In this document: in pieces, positions 1 to 12,066 of the stretch
Numbering within the stretch: position 1 is the stretch's first letter
How the letters are laid out: every line of letters starts with the position of its first letter
Source of the DNA: Albugo candida
Taxonomy: Eukaryota
Length of the DNA stretch: 64,000 nucleotides
NCBI GenBank assembly: GCA_040437565.1
Contig: JBDOQK010000077.1
Location: 1-64,000, forward strand
Reading direction: 5' to 3'
The notes under the pieces: generated by a model
What the model saw: only the letters and a program-made list of their open reading frames with translations
Told to the model about the DNA's origin: nothing
Databases searched by the model: none
Program-made: the position numbers and the translations under genes

Positions 1-48
1 ACGGTCGGAACACATGTGTACTATCCGCTAGGCCCCCCGACGGGGTCA

Positions 49-121
49 GGTCGTATAGCTCAGTTGGTAGAGCACAGTGCTAATAACGCTGCGGTCCAGG
101 GTTCGAGCCCCTGTATGACCA
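49..121 (+). tRNA. tRNA-Ile (anticodon AAT)
   Basis: Acceptor stem GGTCGTA(49-55)/TATGACC(114-120)+A; D arm GCTCAGTTGGTAGAGC; anticodon stem CAGTG/CGCTG with loop CTAATAA; T loop GGTTCGAGCC. Confidence 0.97.
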
Positions 122-244
122 TAGTCTTGATAATTATTGCAGTGTAGGGGTCGAAGGGGTGGCCATGTTGGTTGATCTTGCCGTATTCTACTTCTATCTA
201 GATAAGAGAGGCCCGTCCTCTCATCTAGCCATTACTTAATTTCA

Positions 245-253
245 TTTTTTTTT
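245..253 (+). terminator. Oligo-T run (T9), probable Pol III terminator for the tRNA-Ile transcript
   Basis: First run of 4 or more T downstream of the tRNA; preceded by a strong hairpin at 198-228. Confidence 0.5.
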
Positions 254-799
254 CATTTGGAATCTTCAGAGACGCTATTCTACACATTGCCCAACTTCCA
301 AAATGGACGGTACCCATCATGAAAAAAAAAATTGGAGAAAAAAAAAAGNNNNNNNNNNNNNNNNNNNNNNNNNNNNNNNNNNNNNNNNNNNNNNNNNNNN
401 NNNNNNNNNNNNNNNNNNNNNNNNNNNNNNNNNNNNNNNNNNNNNNNNAAAAAAAAAAAAAAAAAAACGGTGCAAACTTTCGATTCTTGAGAGGTAGCAA
501 CGATGCTTTACGGCACTGCTCAATATATTTGTTCCAGGAACGCTGAGAGTCAAACTTCATCGTTCAGCCCTCTCACTTCGTTTCACAAATGCAAATCCCT
601 CGACACCACAAAGAGGCTGATCCAATCCCGAAACAGTCTCTCCATTTGTAAATCACAGAAGTTGCATGTTTCGCCCAACATCTGAGACTGTATTATTGCG
701 ACACTTACACAACATTAGGCTGCAGTTGTTTGATACAGAAGCGTACTACGTCCGGTGGTGCACGAATATCGGAGTATAAGAATACCTGATCTACAATAC

Positions 800-1480
800 T
801 TTATCGCAATTCCCCACTGTCAAATCTACGGATTTTTTCGCGACCCTGCCCGTCATACGATATCGCGATCTGACATGATTGCATGAAGAATCGCTTCCCA
901 CATATCAATTGATCCTGCTCCAACGTCTTTATTGTAATGAGCTGTTTGCGAGAGTACGCCGAATGATCCTCCAATCGCTCTCGATCAACCTTGAATATGG
1001 AGAAGAATGGCGAGATTGCAAAAAATAAGATGCAGGGCGAAGGGGCTCGTTGCCTTGAAACGGAGTGATGGGGAATATGGTTCATGAGCTAGGTGCAGCC
1101 TATCACCGTGCTTCGATCTCACGGATGCCAATGCCTCTTCATTAAACGAAGCGCCTTCTTTAAAAGTGTGCTGCTCGTTATCTATCAACCGTGTGCATCA
1201 CTGGATATCTGCTTAGGCTTCTTATGCTCGCTTATTGCATCGTATAAGAACGATCTCATTCGTTGTGGTATGAAAGTTTGTATGCTAGGCATCTCTCATG
1301 AAAGTTGCACATTTGTGTTGCGTTTGCAGCTTCAAGCTTTTTATACAAGGATTGAGCTAAAATCCATACGTGGAGCTTATATACATAGAGACAAAGCGGA
1401 GCTTGATGACAATCTCTGATAACAGTATTTTCGATCACATGTCTGAAAGCAGAGGCCATTCCTAACTGTTCTTTCACATG
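800..1480 (-). mobile_element. Degenerate non-LTR (LINE/L1-like) reverse transcriptase relic
   Basis: Broken ORFs in the expected RT order: APLCLYVYKLHVWILAQSLYKKL (~PIxLLNxDYKIxxKILAxRL), IDNEQHTFKEGASF (~IHxxQxGFxxGRS), VSRQRAPSPCILFFAISPF (~GVRQGCPLSPLLFxLxIEP). Many stops and frameshifts. Confidence 0.5.
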
Positions 1481-1853
1481 CACAAGTAGATGTGCCGTTT
1501 ATAACCGCATTCTGATAACACCAGTGTCTTGGTAGCTTGTGAAAACCTTTCATCAATGACGATCTGCTTCCAGCGACTAGCGCATATAGATCTCGGCAGT
1601 GTTCCAATCTAGTTCAATATCGCGAGGAGCTTGTCTGGATGCAACCAATTCCTATTTGTTGATACAACATCCATCATTGATCACATAAACGCGACTTCTC
1701 ATGTATTTACAGAAGCACCATATTATCTCAATATTACTTACAAACGGTACCGATGGCGTGATGGCAAGCTCAGAATGCCGTCAAATATTTCGTGGCTTGA
1801 TCAACATCGCATGGGATGCAGCGATAGTGATGCATCAAAGAATTCTTTCTTGT

Positions 1854-2555
1854 CTACGAAATAGCTGATTTTCTTGACATGTTCTTACGTTCTTGAAGAA
1901 CCAGGTCCATGTGAGCAGCGCGAGTGATAAATAAAATCATCTCAATTATCATCATTCCAACCGCACAACCCAGTCCAACTATCATTCGCTATCAAAAAGA
2001 AAAGTGAGTTTGGTACAGTGTGAGCAAGCGAGAAAGTACCGTGGTCTCATGATCGGTTAAGGCTGCGGATATCATGTATCCGACAACAAACATGGTGATT
2101 CTAGCTACAATCATATTTATTCCAGTCGTCAGATGGCTCCTTACAGATTTGATACTCTGTTGTATCTCCGCTGTAGCTGTCAGATGTTTGACGTTGTGCG
2201 TCATTCGATCATATAGCGCCTCCTCCTCCATGCATTGTAATTTTTTCCTCCTCACTTTCAATTGTGCTCTCTTTTCTTCCGAGGGAGCGTCTCTGATAGA
2301 AACTTTTTCATGTATGATAACTTTGCTACGATTTATGAGAAAGGAGACGAGCGAACGATCCGACTTTTTGCTATTTCGTAATTTTGATAGAATTGAATGA
2401 GCCTTGCGGATTTGTAACGTTGTCATGGAATCTAATCCATCGGACATCGTGGTTTTTAGTTCAATGTCCGCTTGTTCTTTGTCTATGTTGAATCCATTCT
2501 CCGTTAAAAACTCACGCAATGCTCTGACACCCGATCCCGCGACACGAAGTTGCAT
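1854..2555 (-). CDS. VMA12: V-ATPase assembly factor Vma12/TMEM199; 2 exons, intron 1989-2039
   Basis: LKVRRKKLQCMEEEALYDRMTHNV helix followed by two TM helices; removing a 51-nt GT-AG intron gives RMIVGLGCAVGMMIIEMILFITR...; stop at 1854-1856. Confidence 0.8.
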
Positions 2556-2847
2556 CGTGGAATGAAGTAAATTAATGTGAGTCACATTATGTAAGTATGA
2601 TGCATTTGAAGAGAATTTAGTAGATGCGTGACCTTATCGATTAGTATTGTGACACGTCGCCTTCGACGCAGAGAGCATCTATTTATACCTATGATGCGGC
2701 AAAAATGAGCTGTTACCATTTCACATTACATCAAGGATCAATGGCAAAATGGCAAAATGATATCCGATATGACTGCAAAAAATGTACAAGTCCAAGCTCA
2801 GCGTAACACCCGATCTCGAAAATCGGCTCGTTTGAGCTTGAGATGTG

Positions 2848-4464
2848 TCAAAGACGACTCCGTATCAACGATGACGACATGGAATTAAAATGTGGTAGCA
2901 ATAAAGCGCGAACTGTAATTCGAACAGGTGTGCAGATGGTGTGGTTAAGGCAGAGAGTAGTCAAACTCGTACGGATGCGCATGCCTACTATTTCATTTAT
3001 TTTTACAATCATTTGCTCAAACATATTTAAACTCCACATCCTCCAAGAAACTAAGATGCTGACTGCCGTCATTACGACCGGGTCGAAGCCCGCTCCCAAG
3101 AATGATCGATACCAACAAGGCTTCATAAGTGTACGATAAATTTCCCCATCCACCCAGTCACTCGCAGCGATGAACCATGATTGGGGGTCTTTATTAACCG
3201 TCCCCATGTATTGCCACTATTCACTAAACGTCATGCGGTTTATGTTGTTATATTTCTAGCCAAAGGAGACTCCGTCAATGATCACTTAGTCTCCCTTGAA
3301 GCTGTGTCAAGGTCAATATCGATCGCATTGTATACAAAAGTAGGTGATAGAGTGCTTCATTCTTTCAGACAAGCTTTTTTTTTCAGGCGCGCTACGTGGA
3401 GGACGCAAGGACTGATTCATGCGATCTCGGCATACTCTGCTCCGAGCTGTGGCCTTGCAAAATTCTTTCAATCATGCATATGCTTATTTTCCATGATACT
3501 ACAGGTAGACAACTCCCCGCTAAGATCAGAAAATTTCAAGGACCAATTTTGTATCCAAGTTCCACAAAAACTCATGGTGCATACAACTATCTGATCACCA
3601 AGCCTGGTTGAATCTCGATGGCTGTTGTGGTTTCTCGACCTCGACTTTACGGTCCCGATTTCATGGATGCATTAGAGATCACTTTGAGACTTGATCGGTA
3701 GAATAGGAACGTGTACTGGTTTTAGGATACTTTGTTTCGACCTTAGCTGCCAAAATTGAATCATATACGTATCTACCTTTGTAGTGTCTATCTATATCTC
3801 TATGTTAAGGCTATGAATGCACCTTGCATTTCAAAGGATATCTTGGTGTGGGTCATATTCGACAGCTTTTAGCGATCTTGAGCTTGCGATTTTTCAAGTA
3901 CGTCAGTGCATTCCTGAGTTGAGTTTTCGTCGGCATGGGGTCGTTCCCAAACTTTCCGTGATTGTGCAATTCTACCATATCTTTGTATATGGTCATGGGT
4001 TTGGTGTCTGGATTCTGTCTCAGAATACTGATGATATGCGATTTCATATCGTCGGTCACATAACTTTGCATTGGCTCAGCGGAATCGTGTTCATCGCTCA
4101 GATGATTGTACGCTTGACAGACGATTCCATGATAGGTGTATTGACACGTAGACATTCGCAGTTGAGCTCGACAAGTGTTACGTTTAGGTTGGTCGGCAAC
4201 TGAATCGCTAGTGTCCTTGGGATGGCAGAGCACTGACGTGCATCGTGTCCATTGTACCTTCATTTTATGCTCGGCTAAATCGTACTTGATCCCCATTCGT
4301 TCGTGATCCATTGTGCAATTCACAATATGTGTGTTTATGATTGCATTACGTTTTAAGGATCGTCGAAACTCTTGCATCTCAATTTCACTTTTTGTTTCTC
4401 CAATAACAACCCAACTGCCATCATCGGTCGTAACGGGCCAATGTAATAACCGATGGATCTCCAT
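2848..4464 (-). mobile_element. Decayed Mutator-like (MULE) transposase
   Basis: ORF 3853-4464 has a WRKY/GCM-like Zn pattern (RCTSVLC...CRAQLRMSTC...NH) then KPMTIY...PTKTQLRNAL, as in MULE N-termini. Downstream frames are broken; DWVDGEIYR resembles the MULE QWIDGxFxRW segment. No TIRs identified. Confidence 0.45.
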
Positions 4465-6307
4465 CCCTGGCTACTAGCACGCTGAATGTCTTCGTGTTTG
4501 ATTATGACAAAGAATTATGTTCGAAAGGGGGTGCCAGCCAAAGTATCAACAGTGGTTCATTGATAAGCTGAAAAGTGCATCCATATTACCTATCTCAGTA
4601 CAATAGGTAACGGTAGACACGATCATTTCGATTGACGAAGCAGGGACCAATCAGTTATCGCCTTTATTGCGTCATTATTCTACTCATCCAGCTCAGACTG
4701 AATGTAATTGTATAAGTAATGCTTACGTCGCGATTTTTCGCATAATAGATGTGGCGAAAATTGACTGAGTCATGCATAGGTAATGATGGAGCTCATCCAG
4801 AAAAACCCAACTTAAATACCGACCAGATTTTAGTTCGCGTCGTTCCTTTACTTGATTACGGTACCCGTCTGTGACTTGCTATCAATAAGAGCGACCGTAA
4901 ACATGAAAGAGATTTGTCATTGAAGTATAGGATAGAAAGGGATGGATCAGAGTTGCGTGAGAATAGGAGTTAGATACATATATCCGTAAATTGAATCTAT
5001 ATCGCGTCTTTATCGACAGCCGCATTTGCAAGTGTACGGTACGCGCATGTTTACAAAAATATTCTCGATAAACCGATTCTAGTGTGGACCTATACCGCTT
5101 ATTTCGAAACAGTGCACTAACCCCATAGTATCATGCTACCTTTTTCCAACGGAATACGTACTTGTGTTGTGAATCTTGAGACAGAGCACGATTGTAGGCT
5201 CAATCACGAGTGATGTGCGAACGGTTTGATCAGCGTGTTGATTGGTAGCGATTTTAACACGCGTTTTATAAGACTCTGTATGATGTATGCGATACTCCAG
5301 TCGAGTATCTAAATGCAAAAGTCTGCAGTGCACTTTTATGTACGTTTCTCCGCTATGATTTCCGTACATCGTTTCAAATCACACGTCACATTCTACGGGG
5401 AAAACACGTTTCGTTTGCAGAATGGACCATCGAGTCCCCGCCGCAAAGTTTGTGCATCGTCATACGGGGAATACAAACATTCCGTTGAACACGTCTTTCA
5501 TATGTGCGATACAAAAGTACCGATAATGACACTTGTGTCCTCGTTTTAAAAGTACTGACGTTGAGATGAGTAATGACATGTTTTTAACTCGGAGACCAGC
5601 AGACATCATACCGATCTCCCTTTTGTGATAAGTAGGTGTATTTAACTCAGTCAATGACACGCAGTCAGCCAACTGCATTGTGACGTATAACAAAAATGTA
5701 TCAATAAACTTACAAGCTCCTGCTTTTGCGTACCCGGATACACTATTGCGCACGTAACATCTGTTTGATTACGATAGAAAACTGGGTTCTCACGCACTGG
5801 TCAGGTAATCATCACGCGATACATTGTCTCAGTGTTTCTGTTTATTTCCAGCCGCAAGTAAAGTCTGTAACGCATCTGTTGCTGCCTAATTTTTTCTATT
5901 CCGTCGCCTCAAAGAGTCTTTCTGCGTCCTTCGGCCATGCTGTACACACTCCTTCCAATGCATTGAGTTCTCGCCAGTATCTTCCATGCCATCTGCGTGT
6001 ATACCTTGACTCTCTAACGCATACCTATGTATTGTACTCGATTTTATTATGTCGATGACGTCACACTCTGCTCCGATCAGCTTATGGGATCAGTCACCTT
6101 GATTAGCTGATATGATATATCCGGCCGACTGGACTTCATACTCCATCACATACACGTGAGGAGCGTAGAAAACGATCCAAAATCAAAAAAAGTAAAATTT
6201 TCCTAATATATCAGCTATTCTTAGTCGTGTAATAATACTCGATATCGACGTATGAATATACCGCCTGTGTCCAACTTATCTCATAATACAAAATCTCTTG
6301 TTCCGTA

Positions 6308-9300
6308 ATGGTGCAAGGCGACGCGATCGATTCGGACTCACATAGTCGCACTGATGTATTTGTAGCAATGGAAACGCCAAAAAACTCGACAGAACCGCAC
6401 AATCGACTTGAGAGTCAGTTTACACAAATGGATACTCGCAAGGATGTGTCAACGGCAGAACCCAGCGCAAATGGCCAGGTCACAAGCTTTAAGCAGCTGT
6501 TTGCGTACGCGGATACTTTGGATTATACATTAATGTTTTTCGGGACACTCGCGAGCATGGCTACGGGCATTTCTCAACCGATACAAATCATTCTTTTTGG
6601 CGATGTACTGAACTCATTCAATCCGAGAGAAGGCAGTGAGAATTCGAATACTTTTTTAAAACTGATTGATCGAGTCGCTTTACGATACGTATACGTCGGT
6701 ATCGCCGTTATTATATGCGGATTTGTATATGTGTACTGCTGGTCATTAACCGCTACACGACAAGTCAAACGAATTCGTGCTGCATATGTGTCTGCAATCA
6801 TCACAAAAGAAATTGGATGGTTTGATGTGAATAAGAGCACAGAGCTCGCAACACGAGTTTCAGACTCAACTGTCGTCATTCAGGAAGGAATCGGACGCAA
6901 ATTTGGTGACGGGCTGAATTTCATGTCGATGGCAGTTAGTGGAATTATTATTGGGCTTGTGAAAGGATGGGAGCTTGCGTTGGTGCTGATAGCATTTACA
7001 CCGTTTATCGCGATTGCTGGGTATTTCTTTATGAAGCAATTGGCTCGGGCGACACGAAGTGCGATCGATTCGTACTCGAAAGCAGGATCCATCGCTGAAG
7101 AAGCTATTGTCAATGTACGAACGGTTCATGCGTTCAATGCAATGGAGCGATTTATCGGTAAATATGCTGACGCATTGAAAGAGACAACAAAAGCAGGAAT
7201 TAAAAAGGGAGTCGCAGTTGGAATGGGGAGTGGGATAATGTTTTTCTGTATATTCTGCACGTACGCGTGTGGGATGTATTACGGAGCTGTTCGAATCTCG
7301 GACGATCAATTGGAAGGGAACGCGTGCACAGGCTCTCAGTGTTATAATGGAGGCAAAGTGCTGACAATTTTTTTCTCCGTTATTATGAGCGCTATGGCGC
7401 TGGGGCAATCGGGACCAAGCATTCAGGCAGTTTTTCCAGCACGGGCGGCTGCATTCACTGTCTTTGAAGTGATTGATCGTCCCTCTGAGATCGATGTGTC
7501 AAAGGAACAAGGGCAAGTACTGGAGAATGTGAAAGGAAAAATCGATATCAAGAACGTCACATTTTCGTATCCTTCCCGGCCTGAAGTGTGTGTCTGTCGC
7601 GAATACTCGCTGACCATCCATCCCGGGGAAACAATTGCGTTAGTTGGGCCCAGTGGAAGTGGTAAAAGCACAATTGTCGCTCTACTTGAACGATTTTACG
7701 ATCCCTTGGAAGGAAATGTATCACTGGATGGCCAAAATCTCAAAGATCTGAACGTAAAATGGCTACGTCAACAGATTGGTCTGGTCGGACAGGAACCATC
7801 TTTGTTCGCGACATCTATTATGGAGAATATTCGGTTGGGGTTTCCATCGGCAAGTGATGAGCAAGTTTTAGAAGCCGCTACAATGGCGAATGCGTATGAC
7901 TTTATTATGGAATTCCCGCAAGGATTCAACACCCAAGTTGGTGAGCGCGGTGCGCAGTTGTCGGGTGGACAAAAGCAAAGGATTGCTATTGCAAGAGCAA
8001 TTATTAAGAATCCCGCCATTTTGCTACTGGATGAAGCGACCAGTGCACTCGATAGCGAAAGTGAGCGTGTCGTACAGGAATCACTTGACAAATTACTCGC
8101 AACTTGTCAGCGTACAACTATTATCATCGCACATCGTTTGTCTACTATTCGGGACGCCAATCGAATTGCTGTGCACAGCAGTGGGAATATCGTCGAATTG
8201 GGGTCACATTCAGAGCTGATGAAAATTAAAAAAGGGCATTATCGGACACTTGTCGAGGCACAAGAACGGAAATCAAAGGAGGAGAAAGAGCAATTGGAAG
8301 TCACAGAGCCAATCGAGTCGGAAATCACAAAAGAGACACTTGTGGATAGCTCAGAAAATAAGATCGAAGACGGTCTATTCACTGCATCGACTTTGTCATC
8401 GAACAACGCCGAAGGGGACAATGTGCCTACTATCTCTACAAGCCGTATATGGAAACTGACGCTGTTGGAATGGAAACACATGCTTTTGGGTTCTATCGGC
8501 GGAATTATGTACGCTGCAGTGTTTCCGGTTTGGGGGCTTATGTTGACGAAAGTTGTGGTATTGTTTTTCGACTATGAAAAGACTAAAAGTGAGATGCTTT
8601 ACGACGCGCGTTGGTGGTCTTTGGGTTTTCTTCTATTGGGAATTATATTTGGCGTTGCTGTCACTTGTCAGCATTATGGCTTTGGGGTCGTTGCACAAAG
8701 ACTTACCGGTCGGATGCGACTATCGACATTCAGTGCGATCTTACAGCAAGAAATTGGGTGGTTTGATGCGGAGGAAAACAAATCGGGTGCGTTGATTTCA
8801 CGTCTCGCTACCGATACAGCCACACTTCAGGCGATGACCTCAGACACACTGAATCAAGTTCTCATTAGTATCGCCAGTATCGGTCTTGGTATAGTCATTT
8901 CGTTCTTTTACAGCTGGCAAATGACGCTTGTGGTGCTGGCGACGATGCCAATTCTAATATTTGCAACACTCATTCAGTCAAAAATGATGCAAGGAACCGG
9001 GAGTGGGAAGCAAGGAAATGACGCCGACTCCTCCGCAGGCTCGTTATTATCTGAAGCTATCGGTTCTATCCGCACAGTGGCTTCGTTCACCATGGAGGAA
9101 TCCTTCACTTCACGATATTCGGGGTATCTATCAGCTTCCAAGAAAGCGGATACACGCGCAGGCGTAACTGGCGGATTAGCGTACGGAATGTCTCAAGGTA
9201 TCCATTTCATGAATTTGGCGCTTATTTTCCACGTTGGTGGCGTTTGGGTCAGCAAAGGAACGATCACATTTGAGGATATGTTTATGGTGATGATGGTGAT

Positions 9301-10201
9301 TATGCTCAGCACGTATGCGGTCGGGATGGCGAGTAATGGCGGCTCTGACCCGAAGAAAGTAAAAGTCGCAGCTGGGCGTATTTTTGGAATTATCGATCGA
9401 ACGCCATCGATCATTGTGGACCCACTTCAAGGCCACGTACTCGAGCATTTACACGGCGATATCGAATTCAATAATGTGGTGTTCACGTATCCTTCACGTC
9501 CCGACGCACCGATCTATCGAAATTACAACCTCAAAGTCGCTCGCGGTCAGACTGTTGCATTGGTAGGCGCCAGTGGAAGTGGGAAAAGCACAGCGATCTC
9601 GTTATTGGAACGGTTTTACGATCCTTCCTCTGGGTCAATTCTGCTGGATGGGAAGGATGTACGACAGATGAATCTCCCTTGGCTTCGTGAGCGTATTTCT
9701 CTGGTGGGACAAGAGCCTGTATTGTTTGCTGGAACAATTGCTGAAAACATTGCAATGGGAAAGCCTGGATCTTCACGAGACGATGTTGTCCGCGCTGCGA
9801 CGTTGGCAAACGCACACAACTTCATATCCAATTTTCCGAGTAAATACGACACAGATGTCGGTGATCGAGGAGCTCAAGTGTCAGGAGGTCAAAAGCAAAG
9901 AATTGCAATTGCTCGAGCTATTTTGCGGGATCCGGACGTATTATTGTTGGATGAAGCTACCAGCGCCCTCGACAACGAAAGTGAACGAGTGGTTCAGGAA
10001 TCATTGGATCGATTGTTGAGCATGAAACGTCGAACCACAATTATCGTCGCACATCGACTCTCAACGATCCGAAATGCAGATGTTATCGCAGTGACACAAA
10101 ATGGAGCGATTGTTGAGCGTGGAACCCATGAAGAATTGATGGAGATTTCTAACGGGATATATCGTTCCTTGGCACAGCGTCAAATGCGTTCTCCAGAGTG
10201 A
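6308..10201 (+). CDS. ABCB1: Full-length ABCB/MDR (P-glycoprotein-like) transporter, 1297 aa, intronless
   Basis: TMD-NBD-TMD-NBD layout; Walker A GPSGSGKS and GASGSGKS; signatures LSGGQKQRIAIARA and VSGGQKQRIAIARA; LLLDEATSALD twice. Confidence 0.97.
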   Translation: MVQGDAIDSDSHSRTDVFVAMETPKNSTEPHNRLESQFTQMDTRKDVSTAEPSANGQVTSFKQLFAYADTLDYTLMFFGTLASMATGISQPIQIILFGDVLNSFNPREGSENSNTFLKLIDRVALRYVYVGIAVIICGFVYVYCWSLTATRQVKRIRAAYVSAIITKEIGWFDVNKSTELATRVSDSTVVIQEGIGRKFGDGLNFMSMAVSGIIIGLVKGWELALVLIAFTPFIAIAGYFFMKQLARATRSAIDSYSKAGSIAEEAIVNVRTVHAFNAMERFIGKYADALKETTKAGIKKGVAVGMGSGIMFFCIFCTYACGMYYGAVRISDDQLEGNACTGSQCYNGGKVLTIFFSVIMSAMALGQSGPSIQAVFPARAAAFTVFEVIDRPSEIDVSKEQGQVLENVKGKIDIKNVTFSYPSRPEVCVCREYSLTIHPGETIALVGPSGSGKSTIVALLERFYDPLEGNVSLDGQNLKDLNVKWLRQQIGLVGQEPSLFATSIMENIRLGFPSASDEQVLEAATMANAYDFIMEFPQGFNTQVGERGAQLSGGQKQRIAIARAIIKNPAILLLDEATSALDSESERVVQESLDKLLATCQRTTIIIAHRLSTIRDANRIAVHSSGNIVELGSHSELMKIKKGHYRTLVEAQERKSKEEKEQLEVTEPIESEITKETLVDSSENKIEDGLFTASTLSSNNAEGDNVPTISTSRIWKLTLLEWKHMLLGSIGGIMYAAVFPVWGLMLTKVVVLFFDYEKTKSEMLYDARWWSLGFLLLGIIFGVAVTCQHYGFGVVAQRLTGRMRLSTFSAILQQEIGWFDAEENKSGALISRLATDTATLQAMTSDTLNQVLISIASIGLGIVISFFYSWQMTLVVLATMPILIFATLIQSKMMQGTGSGKQGNDADSSAGSLLSEAIGSIRTVASFTMEESFTSRYSGYLSASKKADTRAGVTGGLAYGMSQGIHFMNLALIFHVGGVWVSKGTITFEDMFMVMMVIMLSTYAVGMASNGGSDPKKVKVAAGRIFGIIDRTPSIIVDPLQGHVLEHLHGDIEFNNVVFTYPSRPDAPIYRNYNLKVARGQTVALVGASGSGKSTAISLLERFYDPSSGSILLDGKDVRQMNLPWLRERISLVGQEPVLFAGTIAENIAMGKPGSSRDDVVRAATLANAHNFISNFPSKYDTDVGDRGAQVSGGQKQRIAIARAILRDPDVLLLDEATSALDNESERVVQESLDRLLSMKRRTTIIVAHRLSTIRNADVIAVTQNGAIVERGTHEELMEISNGIYRSLAQRQMRSPE

Positions 10202-10242
10202 GTTGTAGCGCAAGACAAAGGGAGGATGAAGACATGCTCTAT

Positions 10243-11969
10243 CTATTGATCAGGTCGTATTTTTGGTAAGACTTTGTACGGGTTCAGTATTGTGTTTGAA
10301 TCCATAGTTTGCTTAAGTAATTTCATGAGCGCAATTGCGTGTTCCGATTTCGACAGATGCAAATACTCGGGTTTGTGGATTCCTATTCCGTGTTCTGCAC
10401 TGATACTTCCACGATATTTCGCTATTGGAAAAAGAGATATGTGGCAGAGGAATTTGCGCGGAAAATAGAGACGAATACGTACCGATCCATTCGAACACAA
10501 ATGGCTCCAAAGCGGAAAGAACGTTATCATTGTGCTGGATCGTTGACACATTCAAATGGAGATTTCCGTCGCCCAAATGACCGTACCCAACGACTTTGAC
10601 GTCTTCGTATGTGCTGCCAAGCCGATTGCGAGTCGCGTGCACGAGATTGTAATACTCGGCGATTGGTAGAGATACGTCGTATTTGTAGACACAGCCACGC
10701 ATACTGAGTGCTAATGTGATATCTTCGCGGATTTGAAATAATTTTTGGGCCTGGATCGAGTCTTGAGCTACAATTCCATCGTTCACATGTCCGTCTTCCA
10801 TTACGGCGGTAAGGAATGTCTCCAGCTTTTCTCGATCGTGCTCATCCTTACTTCCAGCAGTCTCAATGAGAATATAAAACGGACTATTGGAGGCTTCCAG
10901 AGGATCACGTGCGTCAATTTGCTGTGATAAAACCATATCGAGCGACTCGCGATCTAGAAATTCCACAGCTGATAATATCTCACCCAAGTGATGTTTTGCA
11001 CTAAGAAATGTAGCCTGAATTGCATCAAAGCTTTGACAAGCGAGAAATGCAACGTTGTGGGATGAAAAGCGTGTTGGTGTGGAAATAGCGACTTTTGTGA
11101 TGACGCCGAGCGTGCCTTCCGAGCCAATAAAGAGTTGTTTCAGGTCGTAACCCGTGTTATCCTTTCGCATAGAGCTGAGGGTATCGACGATTGTTCCGTC
11201 GGCAAGCACAGCTTCGATGCCCAGCACATTTCCATGGAGAGATCCGTGCCGTAAGTATCGAAGTCCACCCGCATTTGTGGCGACATTTCCACCAATTTGA
11301 CAGGATCCTTTGGCTCCAAGATCTAAAGGCATACAGTATCCATGCTCGCTCACATACTGGTCCAAATGCTCGAGTATGCAGCCAGCCTCACACACGAGGA
11401 TTCCAGACACAATGTCCAGTGATTCGATACGGTTCATTAGGCTCATGGAAAGCACAATTTCATCAAAGACAGGGACACTGCCGCCAACAAGACCCGTGTT
11501 TCCACCCTGTGGGACAATTGCGAGCTTTCGGGAGTTGCAGTGTTTCAATATCGCTGATATTTGTTCTGATACGTTCGTACGAATGCGTCTGAGACGATAC
11601 AATGACAAGAAAAGCAGATTGTGTACCGGTGGAAGAAGGTCTCAATACTAATGCGTGGGAGCTCTTTGCTTTGTACTTTTTCAGCCAATCGGTAGTGTAC
11701 GTATCGGTGTCTTCTGCGATTTGTAGCATCTGATTGGAATTTCCATTAAAAATAGCTTTAAACACTCGTAAATCGTTCCGGTCCCAGCGATTATAATTTG
11801 GATCTCGTTGTACGTTACAGGTACTGTACATTGGATACTGCGATTGTCTGTGGCAAGGTCTGGCGTTCTTTTGGCTAATACGCTGGGTCGATATGGGGAT
11901 ACTCGCGTGTGTGCGTCGAGCGTACGCACCAAAAGCGCCCATAATCGGATGGCTTCTAGCGAGCTGCAT
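10243..11969 (-). CDS. D2HGDH: Mitochondrial D-2-hydroxyglutarate dehydrogenase (FAD-linked oxidase); introns 11566-11626 and 10422-10482
   Basis: PQGGNTGLVGGSVPVFDE, GGNVATNAGG, KDNTGYDLKQLFIGSEGTLG, GHLGDGNLHLN, GSISAEHGIG, ILNPYKV; two 61-nt GT-AG introns restore the frame; Arg-rich presequence. Confidence 0.95.
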
Positions 11970-12066
11970 TATTGATGTACCGTATTCTTCTCTATAAGAA
12001 GCTATTTATTTCATCCAATCCAATCGCATTGCAACGCTGCCATTCTTTTCGATCGATAAAAAGCTC

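Noticed and set aside
322..467. Poly-A tracts as a retroposon tail; poly-Lys/Phe ORFs
   Set aside because: The homopolymers abut an N gap, so length and context are unknown; the ORFs are translation artefacts.
5313..5549. SVEHVFHMC resembling a LINE C-terminal zinc finger (ETxxHLFxxC)
   Set aside because: A single short motif with no supporting RT sequence on that strand; too weak to call.
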